From Amphiscolops sp. MND2022 (taxonomy: Eukaryota), in the NCBI GenBank assembly GCA_964187785.1, contig OZ076409.1:7814001-7878000 (forward strand): 64,000 nt of DNA. Direction: 5' to 3'. Under the pieces are notes generated by a model. The model did no database searches. It saw only the letters and a program-made list of their open reading frames with translations, and had not been told where the DNA came from. Of the stretch, positions 10,536 to 21,224 are shown one piece after another; within the stretch, counting starts at the first letter, position 1, and every line of letters begins with the position of its first letter. The translations under genes were made by a program, and so were the position numbers.

Positions 10536-13500
10536 CTAAATCGTTACGTCTATTTTGTTGGTCTTTCTCAGTGCGTTTCTAGCTGAAGTAATCTCATGAA
10601 TGAGGAAGTCTGGATACGTTTTCGGTGTAGGGTTCTCACGTAACCTGTACCTACTTTGATTTGATCTAGACGGTCTAGGACTCATCCTTTCTTCATCTTC
10701 ATTTTGCGTGTTTGTCTGTTGTGACTGGTTTTCGTGTTGTTCGTCTCTCAGAGGTACTCTTATCCTACTTTCATCGCGGGGAGGCGGTAGAATAATTTCT
10801 TCTCGCGTTCCAAATCTAACTGTAGGTGGTCTAAAGTTGTTGTGATCAGTTTCTACTTGGTGATAGTCTATTCTCGTGGTTATTTCTGGTGGAATTACTT
10901 GTGGAGTGTGTTGTTCTTGTACCCGAGGAATTGTTTCTTCTGAAGGCTCTTCTTCGACCAAGTCTTGATCTAGATTGTCATTCTCATTCTGATCTACTTC
11001 GTCGGTCGTCGGAATATTCGAGTCGAAAATGTCCGTGTCTTCAACCCTTTCGGTATCTGGGTAGAGATGTTTGGACACGTTGATGTCGTCAATCGGAAAT
11101 TCCGGTTTGAACAATCTCAGTCGCATGCGATGTACGCACTGAGTTTGGTGTGTGCCTACTTTGCGGATGATGTAGTTGCTATCGGATAGCACTTTAATCA
11201 CCTTGTACGGTCCTTTCCAATGGAAAGTTTTAAACTCTTCTTTGCTTCTCTGAGAGTCGTACTTAGGGTCTAGTAGGAACACAAATTCATTCACCTTCAG
11301 TGGCTGTGCTCGTGCTTTTCTATCATAGTACGTTTTGTACTTGTGATAGGCGGAAATGATGTTATCTAGATTGTCTCTGAAGATAAAATTCATTTTGTCT
11401 AGAATTTCGTTCACGTCCTTGCACTTTGTTTCAGCCGGTTTGTTTGCGTTTCGGAATTGCAGATCTAGTGAGTTGTATGGTGTTCTTCCGTGGAAAATTT
11501 CAGTTGGTGAACATTTCAGTGAATCATGATACGTTGTGTTATGGGCCATGATTGCTATGTCGACATAGCGGTCCCATTGTGGTCTGTCTGCGTTTACGCT
11601 AATCTTAAGGATCTTTTTCAGTTTCGCGTGCGTTCTCTCCACCATGCCTATTGTCTGCGCGTGCTTTATCGTGGCATGGGAGATGTGAATATCAGCCGCT
11701 TTCGCGATTTCAGACAGAAGTTCCGCCGTGAACGCCGTGCCTTTGTCGGTCAGAATGTGTTTGGGCACATACGCGTGTTTTGTGAAGATCGACAGTAGTC
11801 CTCTGACTACGGAATGTGTGTCAGGTCTCTTCAGCGGAACGGCGAACAGGTAGCGCGAAAAAACGTCAACAGCCGTCAGAATGTGTGTAAAACCGTTCGA
11901 TGCCGGGAGTGGACCAACGATGTCTATTTCCAGCAGGTCTTCTGGTCCGTCGCACGGGTCGTAGATTTTTTGTAACGGTGGACGTAGTTGCGTTTCTTTT
12001 ACACTTTTAGACTTCATGCAGTTTTCACATCCGTCAAGGACTTTTTGAACTTTACAGGCTAAGTTAGGAGAGTAATATCTTTTACGAAGTTCATACAACA
12101 TTTTCTTTAAACCAGGGTGTCCTTGTACCGGGCTGTTATGTAGAGTCCTAATTATTTTCAAAATACAGTCTTCAGGAACGACTAACTGCTTATGAGACTC
12201 TAGTCCCGTGTGATCAAAAAACTGTCTGTACAGGACACCGTTTACAACTTGTAGGCGTTTTCGATTTTTGTACAACTTTTGAAAAAACTGGTCTTGCATG
12301 TTAACTGGGTGTTGCAAAATTTCAGTACCTTCTAAAAATCTAATCATTTTTTGGATAACCCAGTTATTTTTCTGGACCTGAATTAGATCGATCCCCTCGG
12401 CGGGGCTAACCTGACTCATTACCGGGTGTGATAATGATACTTTACGGATGAATTGCGAGAGTTGAATCGGCTCGTCCACGTCTGTGAGACGGTACGTCAG
12501 ATGGTTGTCAGTCGCGAAGTCATCTGAGGCCGCTGTTCTCTCACAGTTGGTGAACTTCATCCCTTTCCCATCGTCATGAGCCACGTCAGTGCCAGTTGCC
12601 AATTTCATCTCTTTGACATCCTTCTGGCGTTTGCATCTGAGTGGTTCGCTCGCGGGGAAGTAATCAGGCTCGTCTTCCTCCTGTTTTGGTGTACGGGAGG
12701 CGATGTCGATCTCGATCCTGTGAATTGGAATAGTATCAGTCAATTTTAAATGTACACGGTCTTCAGGTCTAATCTCAAGCCGAGATAAGTAATCCGCTGC
12801 GGGATTTTCAACTCCTGGAACATGTGCTAATAGAAAATTGAACTGAAGGGTTTGGTCGCAAAAATTCCAAAGTGAAGGCGGGATATGCTTCGCCTGGAAA
12901 AATCTAGTTAAGGCCTTATTGTCAGTCATAACAATGATGGGTTTTTTCGCACCCCACAAAATGTGGCCAAATTCATCGAAGGCAAAGTGCATAGCTAAAA
13001 ACTCTTTGGCATACATTGTTAGAGACATCTGGCCGCCCTGAAATTTCTTAGAGCCAAATGCAACAGGGGCGTATGTATGTTTGACTGACGGGTCTGCATA
13101 ATCTTCGATTAACAACACATAGCCTGCAGCGTGTTCGCTGGCGTCACACATGATTACCAGTTGTTTATCTGGTAATGGCAGTTTTAGAGACACTTTTGTT
13201 GCTTTTAACAAACTTTCATTAATTTCAAAAATAGCATCTTTATGTTGTTGGTTCAGCTTGAAAGGGACGTCTTTCTTGATGAGTTCCTGTAAACAGCAAG
13301 TTTTATCAGCTAGACGGGGAATGTAAGACCTGTAAAAGTTCACAAAACCAAGATAACGTTGCAACGCTTTCACTGAATTGGGGGGTTTCAACTTCGTTAA
13401 ATAGTCTGTTACGCGTTTTTCAATGGGAGCAATACCAGTGCTAGAAATGGTTTTTCCCAAGTACTCAATTTGTTTTTGTCCAAATTCACATTTACTCATG

Positions 13501-15629
13501 CTAAGTTTAAGACCAGCTTTGTGCAATTGTTGAAAAACAAGTTCAAGGTTGGTAATCAATTCTTCGGGTGAGTGTGCTGCAATTCCAATATCGTCAACAT
13601 ATTGGGCACAGCGGTCCGCTTTGACCAAGGGGTCCAAATACTCACGGATTACTCCTGTAAATGCTGACAAAGAACGATTAAGACCTTGTGCTAGACGTAA
13701 AAATGCAAAAGTTCTAGACCCAAAATTAAACGATAACAGTTGGACAGATTGCTCATCGGCCATTGGAATGCAATGGTAGGCCTGGGAACAATCAAGTTTG
13801 CAGAAGTACTTTTTCCCGGCCATGTGTTGGGCAGCGTCAGCAATTGTTGTTACGGGATGATTGTGCTCACCGTAATCGTTTTTGATCAGGTGGTTTATTC
13901 TTCTCAAGTCAACTAAAATCCTCAATTTACCATTAGGTTTACGCTGAGCAAATATCGGGGAAGAGTATTTGCTGTGAGGCAAAGTAGTTATAATCCCGTA
14001 CTCTTGCATTAGGGCTAATTCCACGAGCAAATCGTCCTTCAAATTTGTCGGAGTCGGGAGACTTTGTGAATAAACAGGTTCTTCATGTTGAGGTGTTAAC
14101 TTAACTTTAAAATCAGTGTTCATGCCAATATCAAAACGGTGTCTAGCAAAAATGGAGTTGTACTTTACCAGCAACTCCTCTACCTGTAACCGTTGAGACG
14201 GAGTAAGAAGCGAGTCGTCCCAGTTGAAGTTCTTCAGGAAGTTCATCCGTTGTTCATCGGATTGGGACGGGTCAAGCTTCTCGAGCTCTCGCAGTGCCAG
14301 AATCTCATCATAAATCCGTCGCTCAATTGCGTTGAGTTTGTCTGGCTCACTGCACGTCTCGGGAGTTGGGTACCACTTGGTTGACTTCATTTCAGGGTTC
14401 ACGAACAGTTGGTTGATCACTGCTTCGGCTTCATCTGGATACTTGGTGATCAAGTTCAAGTGTTCCACTGGCATGGGCGTGATGTTTGCCGCCTGGTGTG
14501 GTGTCGGGATGCGAAAGTGTGCCAGAGTGGTGTTGGCTTCAAGTGTGTACGTGTGGTTGTTTGGGTTGGTGACCTGGATTGTCGTCTTGCCCTCGTCTAG
14601 GTCAACCAAAGCTGGAGAAACAAGCAGACACGTCTTTCGCATGAATCCAGGTGAGCCCTCAACTGTACCAGTTGTAAGTGAGATGTCCGCGTCACTGTGG
14701 ACCTGTATCATCACTTGATGGAGAGGAGGGATCACTGTTCTAGTACTGGAACACAAATCAATTAAACCAGTTTTGAATCTGTTGTTCTTTTGCTGTCTAA
14801 CTTGCATGGACATCATGTGATTAGGGAAGTGGACAAGGTGGTTTTTGATGTCTAAGTTGACTGAGTACTTTTCAAAAAAGGACATTCCAATTAAAATTGT
14901 TCCCATTGTTGGCAGGATTAGGAACGTTTCTTCGAATACTTTTCCAGCAACGTAAAATCTAAGTAAGACTTGCTTACGCACTGGGACTAAGTTCCCGTTT
15001 GCTATTTGAATTTTGAAATTCGGAGGGGGGAATTCTTGAAGGATGGCTTCTGGATGAGCCGTTGTTATTTTTCGTAGTTCGGCTTCAGACATTGCACTTT
15101 GTATTGCGCCTGTGTCTAAAAGTGCGCTGTTTTCGTATTTGTCAAACTGAAGAGGGACGTACAGCATTTTATCTTTCTTGTTTAGATGTAAAGTGGGACT
15201 GAGAACGTGAATTTCTGTTTTAATTGCATGTTTTTTAGTTTTTGAAACATTAATACTACTCTGTTTTGCATGTTTTTTAATACTAAGCCGTTTGTCGATT
15301 GTTGAGTGTGAAGTCGAGTCGTCGTCTAGATGGTGGGTTTCCATCTCTTTGGCATCTTCCACCTGCCTCATGGTGTTTGGTTGCCAGTTCATCGTTTGTT
15401 CATCGTTGATTTCAGCGAGTGGAGAAAAGCGGCTGCCGTTGAGTTGACTTGCATTTCTCATCGCTTTTTCATCGTTGGAAAGTCTTCGCTGATAGACGTC
15501 GTCAGCTTTTGGTCGTTTGTCCAATGAAGGCTGCCATTTCTTCATTGGACGGTCGTGTGTAGTTGGTTGAGTCGAAAGTCGTTGGTCGCGCGTTGTGTTT
15601 CTAGCGGGTGGAAATCGTGGCGGAATCAA
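10536..15629 (-). CDS. pol: Gypsy pol polyprotein (protease, RT, RNase H, integrase), expressed by -1 frameshift
   Basis: LLDTGA protease; QYVDDI RT; MCDASE RNase H; H-x6-H...CENC and EIDIVG/LTDKG/MVERTH integrase motifs; 1697 codons open. Confidence 0.96.
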   Translation of the reverse strand: MIPPRFPPARNTTRDQRLSTQPTTHDRPMKKWQPSLDKRPKADDVYQRRLSNDEKAMRNASQLNGSRFSPLAEINDEQTMNWQPNTMRQVEDAKEMETHHLDDDSTSHSTIDKRLSIKKHAKQSSINVSKTKKHAIKTEIHVLSPTLHLNKKDKMLYVPLQFDKYENSALLDTGAIQSAMSEAELRKITTAHPEAILQEFPPPNFKIQIANGNLVPVRKQVLLRFYVAGKVFEETFLILPTMGTILIGMSFFEKYSVNLDIKNHLVHFPNHMMSMQVRQQKNNRFKTGLIDLCSSTRTVIPPLHQVMIQVHSDADISLTTGTVEGSPGFMRKTCLLVSPALVDLDEGKTTIQVTNPNNHTYTLEANTTLAHFRIPTPHQAANITPMPVEHLNLITKYPDEAEAVINQLFVNPEMKSTKWYPTPETCSEPDKLNAIERRIYDEILALRELEKLDPSQSDEQRMNFLKNFNWDDSLLTPSQRLQVEELLVKYNSIFARHRFDIGMNTDFKVKLTPQHEEPVYSQSLPTPTNLKDDLLVELALMQEYGIITTLPHSKYSSPIFAQRKPNGKLRILVDLRRINHLIKNDYGEHNHPVTTIADAAQHMAGKKYFCKLDCSQAYHCIPMADEQSVQLLSFNFGSRTFAFLRLAQGLNRSLSAFTGVIREYLDPLVKADRCAQYVDDIGIAAHSPEELITNLELVFQQLHKAGLKLSMSKCEFGQKQIEYLGKTISSTGIAPIEKRVTDYLTKLKPPNSVKALQRYLGFVNFYRSYIPRLADKTCCLQELIKKDVPFKLNQQHKDAIFEINESLLKATKVSLKLPLPDKQLVIMCDASEHAAGYVLLIEDYADPSVKHTYAPVAFGSKKFQGGQMSLTMYAKEFLAMHFAFDEFGHILWGAKKPIIVMTDNKALTRFFQAKHIPPSLWNFCDQTLQFNFLLAHVPGVENPAADYLSRLEIRPEDRVHLKLTDTIPIHRIEIDIASRTPKQEEDEPDYFPASEPLRCKRQKDVKEMKLATGTDVAHDDGKGMKFTNCERTAASDDFATDNHLTYRLTDVDEPIQLSQFIRKVSLSHPVMSQVSPAEGIDLIQVQKNNWVIQKMIRFLEGTEILQHPVNMQDQFFQKLYKNRKRLQVVNGVLYRQFFDHTGLESHKQLVVPEDCILKIIRTLHNSPVQGHPGLKKMLYELRKRYYSPNLACKVQKVLDGCENCMKSKSVKETQLRPPLQKIYDPCDGPEDLLEIDIVGPLPASNGFTHILTAVDVFSRYLFAVPLKRPDTHSVVRGLLSIFTKHAYVPKHILTDKGTAFTAELLSEIAKAADIHISHATIKHAQTIGMVERTHAKLKKILKISVNADRPQWDRYVDIAIMAHNTTYHDSLKCSPTEIFHGRTPYNSLDLQFRNANKPAETKCKDVNEILDKMNFIFRDNLDNIISAYHKYKTYYDRKARAQPLKVNEFVFLLDPKYDSQRSKEEFKTFHWKGPYKVIKVLSDSNYIIRKVGTHQTQCVHRMRLRLFKPEFPIDDINVSKHLYPDTERVEDTDIFDSNIPTTDEVDQNENDNLDQDLVEEEPSEETIPRVQEQHTPQVIPPEITTRIDYHQVETDHNNFRPPTVRFGTREEIILPPPRDESRIRVPLRDEQHENQSQQTNTQNEDEERMSPRPSRSNQSRYRLRENPTPKTYPDFLIHEITSARNALRKTNKIDVTI

Positions 15630-17131
15630 AAACCCTGATTTATGTCTTCATCAGAGTAGGTTTCTTGGTCTTCTTCTTCGGTGACTGCTTGCATAGGATT
15701 CATCGGCTTTTGTTGTCGTTTTAAGTCTTGTCTTCTAGTTCTGTTGTCATCTTGTGAATTCGTTGCGTATGGAATCTTTCCATATGCAGAACTGCTTTCT
15801 TTAGGGACACGTCGTCTGCAATCCCTTGCTGAGTGGCCTGTGTAACCGCAAATCTGGCAGACCAATTTTGGATTGTATTTCGGCTTATCTGGATCGGCTG
15901 CTTTCTTCATCGGGATTGCATCCTCCTTCTTTATGCCGTTCGCTTCGTCTCGTTGTCGGGCGCGACATTCCGTTTTGCGGTGACCTGTTTTTCCGCAGTA
16001 GAAACATTGTCCCTCAAATCGTTTTCGTTCTGTCGGTTGTGCGGTCGTCGTTGTTGTTGTAGGCTTCGTCGTTGTAATCGTAGGCGGTGCTGAGGAGGTG
16101 ACCGCGTTGAATGGTTGGATTGCCGTAGGTGGCGCGACGTACTGCTGGTACTGGTATTTTCGCATTAGGTAGGTTTTGATTTCCTCTGGGGAGCTCTCTT
16201 CTTTGTTTGCCATGGTGAGCTCTTGTTGAATCTCGACTGGCAGTTTTCCAAACAGGAACATTTTGATTATTCTGTCGGCCTCATTGCCGAAGGCTTGTTT
16301 GGCAGTCTTCTTGAGATTTTTGAGGAAATCGCCGAATGTTTCTGTTGTGGGATCATAGCGTGCTTGATCCCATTTGTAACGGGCCACTTCCTTTAGATCC
16401 TCTTTTGCAAATTCTTTTCTGAAGAGGTCGAGTACGTCCTTTAGTGTTGTCATTGGCGTTATCTGGATGGATTGCCAGTATTCTATTGCGTCATCTCTCA
16501 AAAGGCTTTGAAAGAAGTGTAGTTTGTTCTCCTCGGTGATTTTGTTGGCAAGCGGGCTAAGGTGGTTGAGGAGAAGGTGCTCAAATTCGACGAATTTGTC
16601 TTTTTGGCCTCTGAAATTTGGCACGTGTGTCTGCAGAAGCTTCGTGTTGGTGGTTGTGTTTTTGATCCGTTGGGGGATCGTCTCGATTGCATTGAGTAGT
16701 CGTTCCTCATTGCTTCTGGGGGTTGATTCTCCTTCGTCTGAATCGTCTTCTTGGTAACTTCTGAAGTTGGTGAAGCTGGTTGTCGGGCGGTTGGAGCGGG
16801 TTTCTGTAGCTCCTGTCACCATGTCGAGCCCTACTGTGTGGGTCGGCTTTGAAGGACCTTTCGAGGTTGACTGTCGGTTTTCGGTGTCTGTCTTACTTAT
16901 GACAGCCATCATTAAGTCCTTCAGTTGACTGAACTCATTCTGTAGTTCGTTTATCTTTCTCTCATAACTCTCTTTTATTTCAGATAACTGAGACGAGATA
17001 TCGGAAACCTCGTTGCTATCAGAATCATTGGCAGAAGACTGAGCCATGTCTGGGTCCGTTTGAACGGGTGTTTCTGATGAGGAACTAATAACTCTTCCGC
17101 TTCTGAGTTCGGTGCCTAGATCTGGGTTCAT
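15626..17131 (-). CDS. gag: Gypsy gag
   Basis: 501 aa; coiled-coil N-terminus; CFYCGKTGHRKTEC and CQICGYTGHSARDC zinc knuckles. Confidence 0.95.
   Translation of the reverse strand: MNPDLGTELRSGRVISSSSETPVQTDPDMAQSSANDSDSNEVSDISSQLSEIKESYERKINELQNEFSQLKDLMMAVISKTDTENRQSTSKGPSKPTHTVGLDMVTGATETRSNRPTTSFTNFRSYQEDDSDEGESTPRSNEERLLNAIETIPQRIKNTTTNTKLLQTHVPNFRGQKDKFVEFEHLLLNHLSPLANKITEENKLHFFQSLLRDDAIEYWQSIQITPMTTLKDVLDLFRKEFAKEDLKEVARYKWDQARYDPTTETFGDFLKNLKKTAKQAFGNEADRIIKMFLFGKLPVEIQQELTMANKEESSPEEIKTYLMRKYQYQQYVAPPTAIQPFNAVTSSAPPTITTTKPTTTTTTAQPTERKRFEGQCFYCGKTGHRKTECRARQRDEANGIKKEDAIPMKKAADPDKPKYNPKLVCQICGYTGHSARDCRRRVPKESSSAYGKIPYATNSQDDNRTRRQDLKRQQKPMNPMQAVTEEEDQETYSDEDINQGF
15629..15635 (-). 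other. -1 ribosomal frameshift slippery heptamer G GGU UUU
   Basis: gag reads CAG GGT TTT TGA; a -1 slip enters the pol frame (TTG ATT CCG...). Confidence 0.85.
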
Positions 17132-17703
17132 AGAGGTGAGAGAAAAGGAATTATGAGTGAAGACTGGATTCTGGATGATTTTCGATTTATTTTACTATTT
17201 TGTGCCTTTATTCGAACTCAAATTCACTATTTCTGAACTTGAGATGTAAATGCGATGAGTCTTACAGTAAGACAAGGATACTAGTATAGAATGAGAATAG
17301 TTAACGAGGATTAAGTAGAGTTCATCCAAATTTCATCGAACAGGTATCAATCAAGAAATTACTCAAGAGTTGTGAAGGTAGCGTTTTTACGATGAATAAG
17401 AGATATGTTTTCTAGTTCAAATCTGTCGTAATTCGTCCAACTGGACAGTAGCTAATCGCAATTTCGGTCTGAGTAATCTCTAATGGCGGTCCAAAATACA
17501 GCAGTTCACGTGTCTTTTCAGGCTGGTAAGACGCTAAATCTCTTACCAGCCGACTCTTATTGGCTATTGCCAGTTGGTGCTAATTGGTAAGTCACGTGAC
17601 CGGTGTTGTGAACTGCCGCAAGTTGGCCAAACCACATGGTACATCTACATATGTTAATTATGACTAATCATCACTTTACAATGTCGCAATTGCCTGCACA
17701 CAG

Positions 17704-19055
17704 TGTCATGGTTTCCATAGCAACTCAAATCATTCAATAATGTACTAATTTCAAGTCAAAACAGAGTAAACTGCATCACAGGATGAGAAAACGATGTTTT
17801 TCCAACTAATTCTAGCATTAAAATCAATACTTCAAAAACAAAGATGGAAACGCGATGAATTCGTCAGAATATTCGCTGATTTTCAAGTCTAGTTTAGCTC
17901 TGGATGAAAATGCGATGAATGGTGGTCTTTTAGCTCGAAAATCAACACGATATGAACTGACGATGATAAAAGGATGAACTCGTCTTCAAAATGAATGATT
18001 TCCAGTACAATTTAAATCAACGATGGTAAAAGGATGAACTCTCCTCGAAAATAACTAATTTCCAGCACTAGTGAAATTGACGATGAATTCAGGATGAATT
18101 CAGCCAATAAAACAGGTGAAACAGCTAATCCTGCAGTGAAGACAAATATACGATGACTTTAGGATGAATACATTCAATAAAACAGCAAAATCTAATGAAT
18201 GAAATTCCAACGATGGGTTTAGGATGAACTCAACTGAAAATTCGGTTAATTCTAACGTAAGTCGAACTAGCGATGGATTTACGATGAACTAGTGATGAGT
18301 TAATCTAATAAAACAGATATCCAGCACTTCACTCTTTTTTAGGATGAATTAAGGATGTACTTTCTCATTTCTTGCATTTTCTGTTCAGGGCGATGGAATA
18401 TAGATGTGTTATGCTCTTTTAAGAAATGAGAAGCACATTGAAGGTTAAAAATCACAAAACGACGATGAGTATAAGATGGTTTTCATGCATTTTAAAGTCC
18501 CGTGAGATCCGCTGATGGATCACTAAATGAAATCAACTAAATGTCCCAAATTTTGTTCACCCGCAATCTTGGCGATGTGATTGCGATGAACCTTGATAAC
18601 ATAGCACCGTGATTTCACTAGTAAGTGAAGTTAAAGGATCACTAAGTCCGCTGATGGATTAGTGATGAACTTTTCTGAAAATCGTCACGACTACAAGTCC
18701 TGAGGCGAGGGAGCTAGTAGAAGTTACATATTCCATTATTTCTACATCTCTCGGTCCAGTCTGACCGGAAAACTTCTCTCCCTCATCGTGACAAACCAAT
18801 ATTGAATAAGATAGCACATTAAGAGCTATTGGCCAGATCATTTGTGCGGACACCGGAATTAGAGCGCTCAGTATTAAGTAAATATATATAGCTCAAACTC
18901 AGGGGGGATAGGGATTAAAGTACAAGTAACGTAGGGTTGCTCACAACCATGGCTCTTATTATATGACATCATATTGCCCATATCTAAGTACATAAGACAT
19001 AATATTTACATTACAAATATTTAGTAGATTATATTTCCATCATGCTGGCATGACA
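17704..19055 (-). repeat. 5' LTR of element 1 (inner boundary tentative)
   Basis: Identical to 697..2048; unrelated flank begins at 19056. Confidence 0.6.
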
Positions 19056-19630
19056 ATGGGAAATAACAAGATAATGTCTAAAAGAGTTGACAGCCCTTTC
19101 ACCAGAAAGACTTCAACTCACTGAAGTACACGGAACACAACAAATTAATATAGCGTTTGTTATTGTTGATGTTCAATTTGGAGAGCTGTGTGGAAATAAC
19201 CTAAAAACACAATTATTAGATCCTACTCAAGTGAGTAGCAAAATAGAAACTTGTCGTCAGATTTTCTAAGAATGGAACAAAGAGAGGGTTTGGAGAATGA
19301 GGCTTGAAAAAAACGACGAATTCGAAGCCTTATTGAGGGAAATGAGATCAAACAAAAGAGCATCAACAACAAAAAAATCGTTATCGTAAGCAAATGGCAA
19401 GCATATTGTTGAACCTTTGGGATTACAAATTAAACAGTCTCGGAATTCACGCATCAGAAAACGAAAATAGATTTTCTCTAAAAAAGGAAATTTCTCGAAG
19501 AAACGAAATAAAAACGAAAATTCATTTTCTCTCCGTTCTTCGGAAATGAACGAACATAGACATATGTAAAATCAAAGACAGAGTCAACTAGATCCAGACG
19601 ATACTATAATAGTAAATGACTGCGCGGAAG
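19056..19630 (+). pseudogene. Possible decayed gag-like fragment of another retroelement
   Basis: Broken frames give a coiled-coil-like peptide (LEKNDEFEALLREMRSNKRAST) resembling Gypsy gag N-termini; weak evidence. Confidence 0.3.
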
Positions 19631-20396
19631 AGAATCATCAGACATACTAAGATTTGTACACTGAAACTTCAGTTCGAAGAAAGTGCTGCCAAAGAGACTG
19701 TTTCACTGCTTTTTCTAGTGCTCATTTTTTTGTCATTTGCCGATCGCTCGGAACTGTTTCTCCAAAGGGTCAGGATAAATACGCATATTCATTTTGGCCT
19801 GGCAATTGAAACATTCCAGAGCCTACGCAATTGTTCGACATCTAAAAAGATTTTGTGAATTCACCATTGGTTGCTCGCCAGTTACCGGTAATTTCATTTT
19901 TCCTGATTTTGTGATTCAAATTTTTCGCTATTTCTGGATCCCATCCGTTTCCATCTCTGTTGGCGTTCTGCTAAATCAAACACTTATTATTCTTTTTTTT
20001 CTTATCGCTACTTTTTGGAAAGATTTTTCTGTTACGATGTTCTCTCAATCAAATTGTTCACGGAAGCATATGAGAACATTTCACACTATGTTGCTCTTCT
20101 GAAAGGTCAAGATATCCATGATTATCAGCCTGTGCGTTCGGCCAATTGTTACAAATCTGCACAGGCGAAAGAAACAAATGTACTGTATAATAGGCCGGGA
20201 ACGGCCCGAGTCGGCGCCGGATCTAAGGCTCAAAAATAGCAAAAGGACTTCAAATTATTGTCATATCCGAGCTCGAAAACGGTACATCCAATCTTCGAAA
20301 ACGATACATCCGAACTTTGAAAACGTTATATCCGAACTGTGAAAACGTTATATCTAAACTTTGAAAACGTTATTTTTGGAAAAAGTCGCATAGTAC

Positions 20397-20808
20397 TGTG
20401 ATGCCATGATGCATGTCCTCAAAGATTCTACAAATCTGAAATACTCTGAACTCTTAACCAAAGTAATTAGTAAATGTAATCTCATTTGAAAGCTAATTAT
20501 TCTAGAAGAAACTTCACTTAATATATCCTGTAACAAGCTTCTTAGATTCATCCTGTTGCTGTCACATTGTTAATTGATGAAACCTACCCTAGTTAATAGA
20601 ATATATCTACTCGGAGAAATTGAGAATTCATCCTGATGATCGGTCTTCTCTCCAGCACTTCAAGAACTGAGATCTCAGAAATAGATTGTACTTAGAACTA
20701 GCTAGCTATAAGGTAAAAGTAAGACGACCCCGCTGTTAAAATCTTAGACTTCTTATGTCTGTAATAAAACATCTAAAAGAAACAACCACCACTCTTTTTA
20801 ACAGCTCA
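20397..20808 (+). repeat. 5' LTR of element 2
   Basis: TGTGATGCC...ACAGCTCA; contains TATAA and AATAAA; 5 substitutions seen versus the 3' LTR. Confidence 0.95.
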
Positions 20809-20810
20809 AT

Positions 20811-20822
20811 TGGTGCGACCAA
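20811..20822 (+). other. Primer-binding site of element 2
   Basis: TGGTGCGACC 2 nt after the LTR end; priming tRNA not determined. Confidence 0.7.
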
Positions 20823-20965
20823 GAAAATTCTTCTTTCTCTCCCATTCATTTCACAACTCTACAATTGTTGTACACCTTTTCTCGACTTTCTCATCCGATA
20901 TCTCTTTGTTCGACACACAGTTTCTCCACCTCTCAATATAGCCTACCGTTATTAACTTCAACGTT

Positions 20966-21224
20966 GCAACCAATTTCCACTAGAAATTGATACGTGTTGC
21001 TATGGTTCTGACTACGTCTCCTCACGTAATTCCTGTCAGTTATATTTCTTGGTTCTGACTACGTTCCTCAACGTAATTCCTGTCAGTCATATTTCTTGGT
21101 TCTGACTACGTTTATTCGCGTATTCCTGTCAGTAAAAATTTTTCGTTCCAACCACCTCTGAGTGAATTCGTGTTGGCTTTATCTCTTTCTTCCGTTCCAA
21201 CCGCAGACGTGCGATACGTGTTGG
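20966..21224 (+). repeat. Six about 47-nt hairpin units with covarying stems in the leader of element 2
   Basis: Outer stems GCAAC/GTTGC, CTGAC/GTCAG (x3), CCAAC/GTTGG (x2); variable inner stems; conserved 3' bulge AT(T/A)C(C/G)T. Confidence 0.75.

Larger units (their letters stand above)
697..19055 (-). mobile_element. Element 1: apparently intact Ty3/Gypsy LTR retrotransposon with about 8.5 kb of 3' cargo region
   Basis: gag with two CCHC knuckles; pol in PR-RT-RH-IN order; identical terminal repeats; PPT at 2049-2056. Confidence 0.93.
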
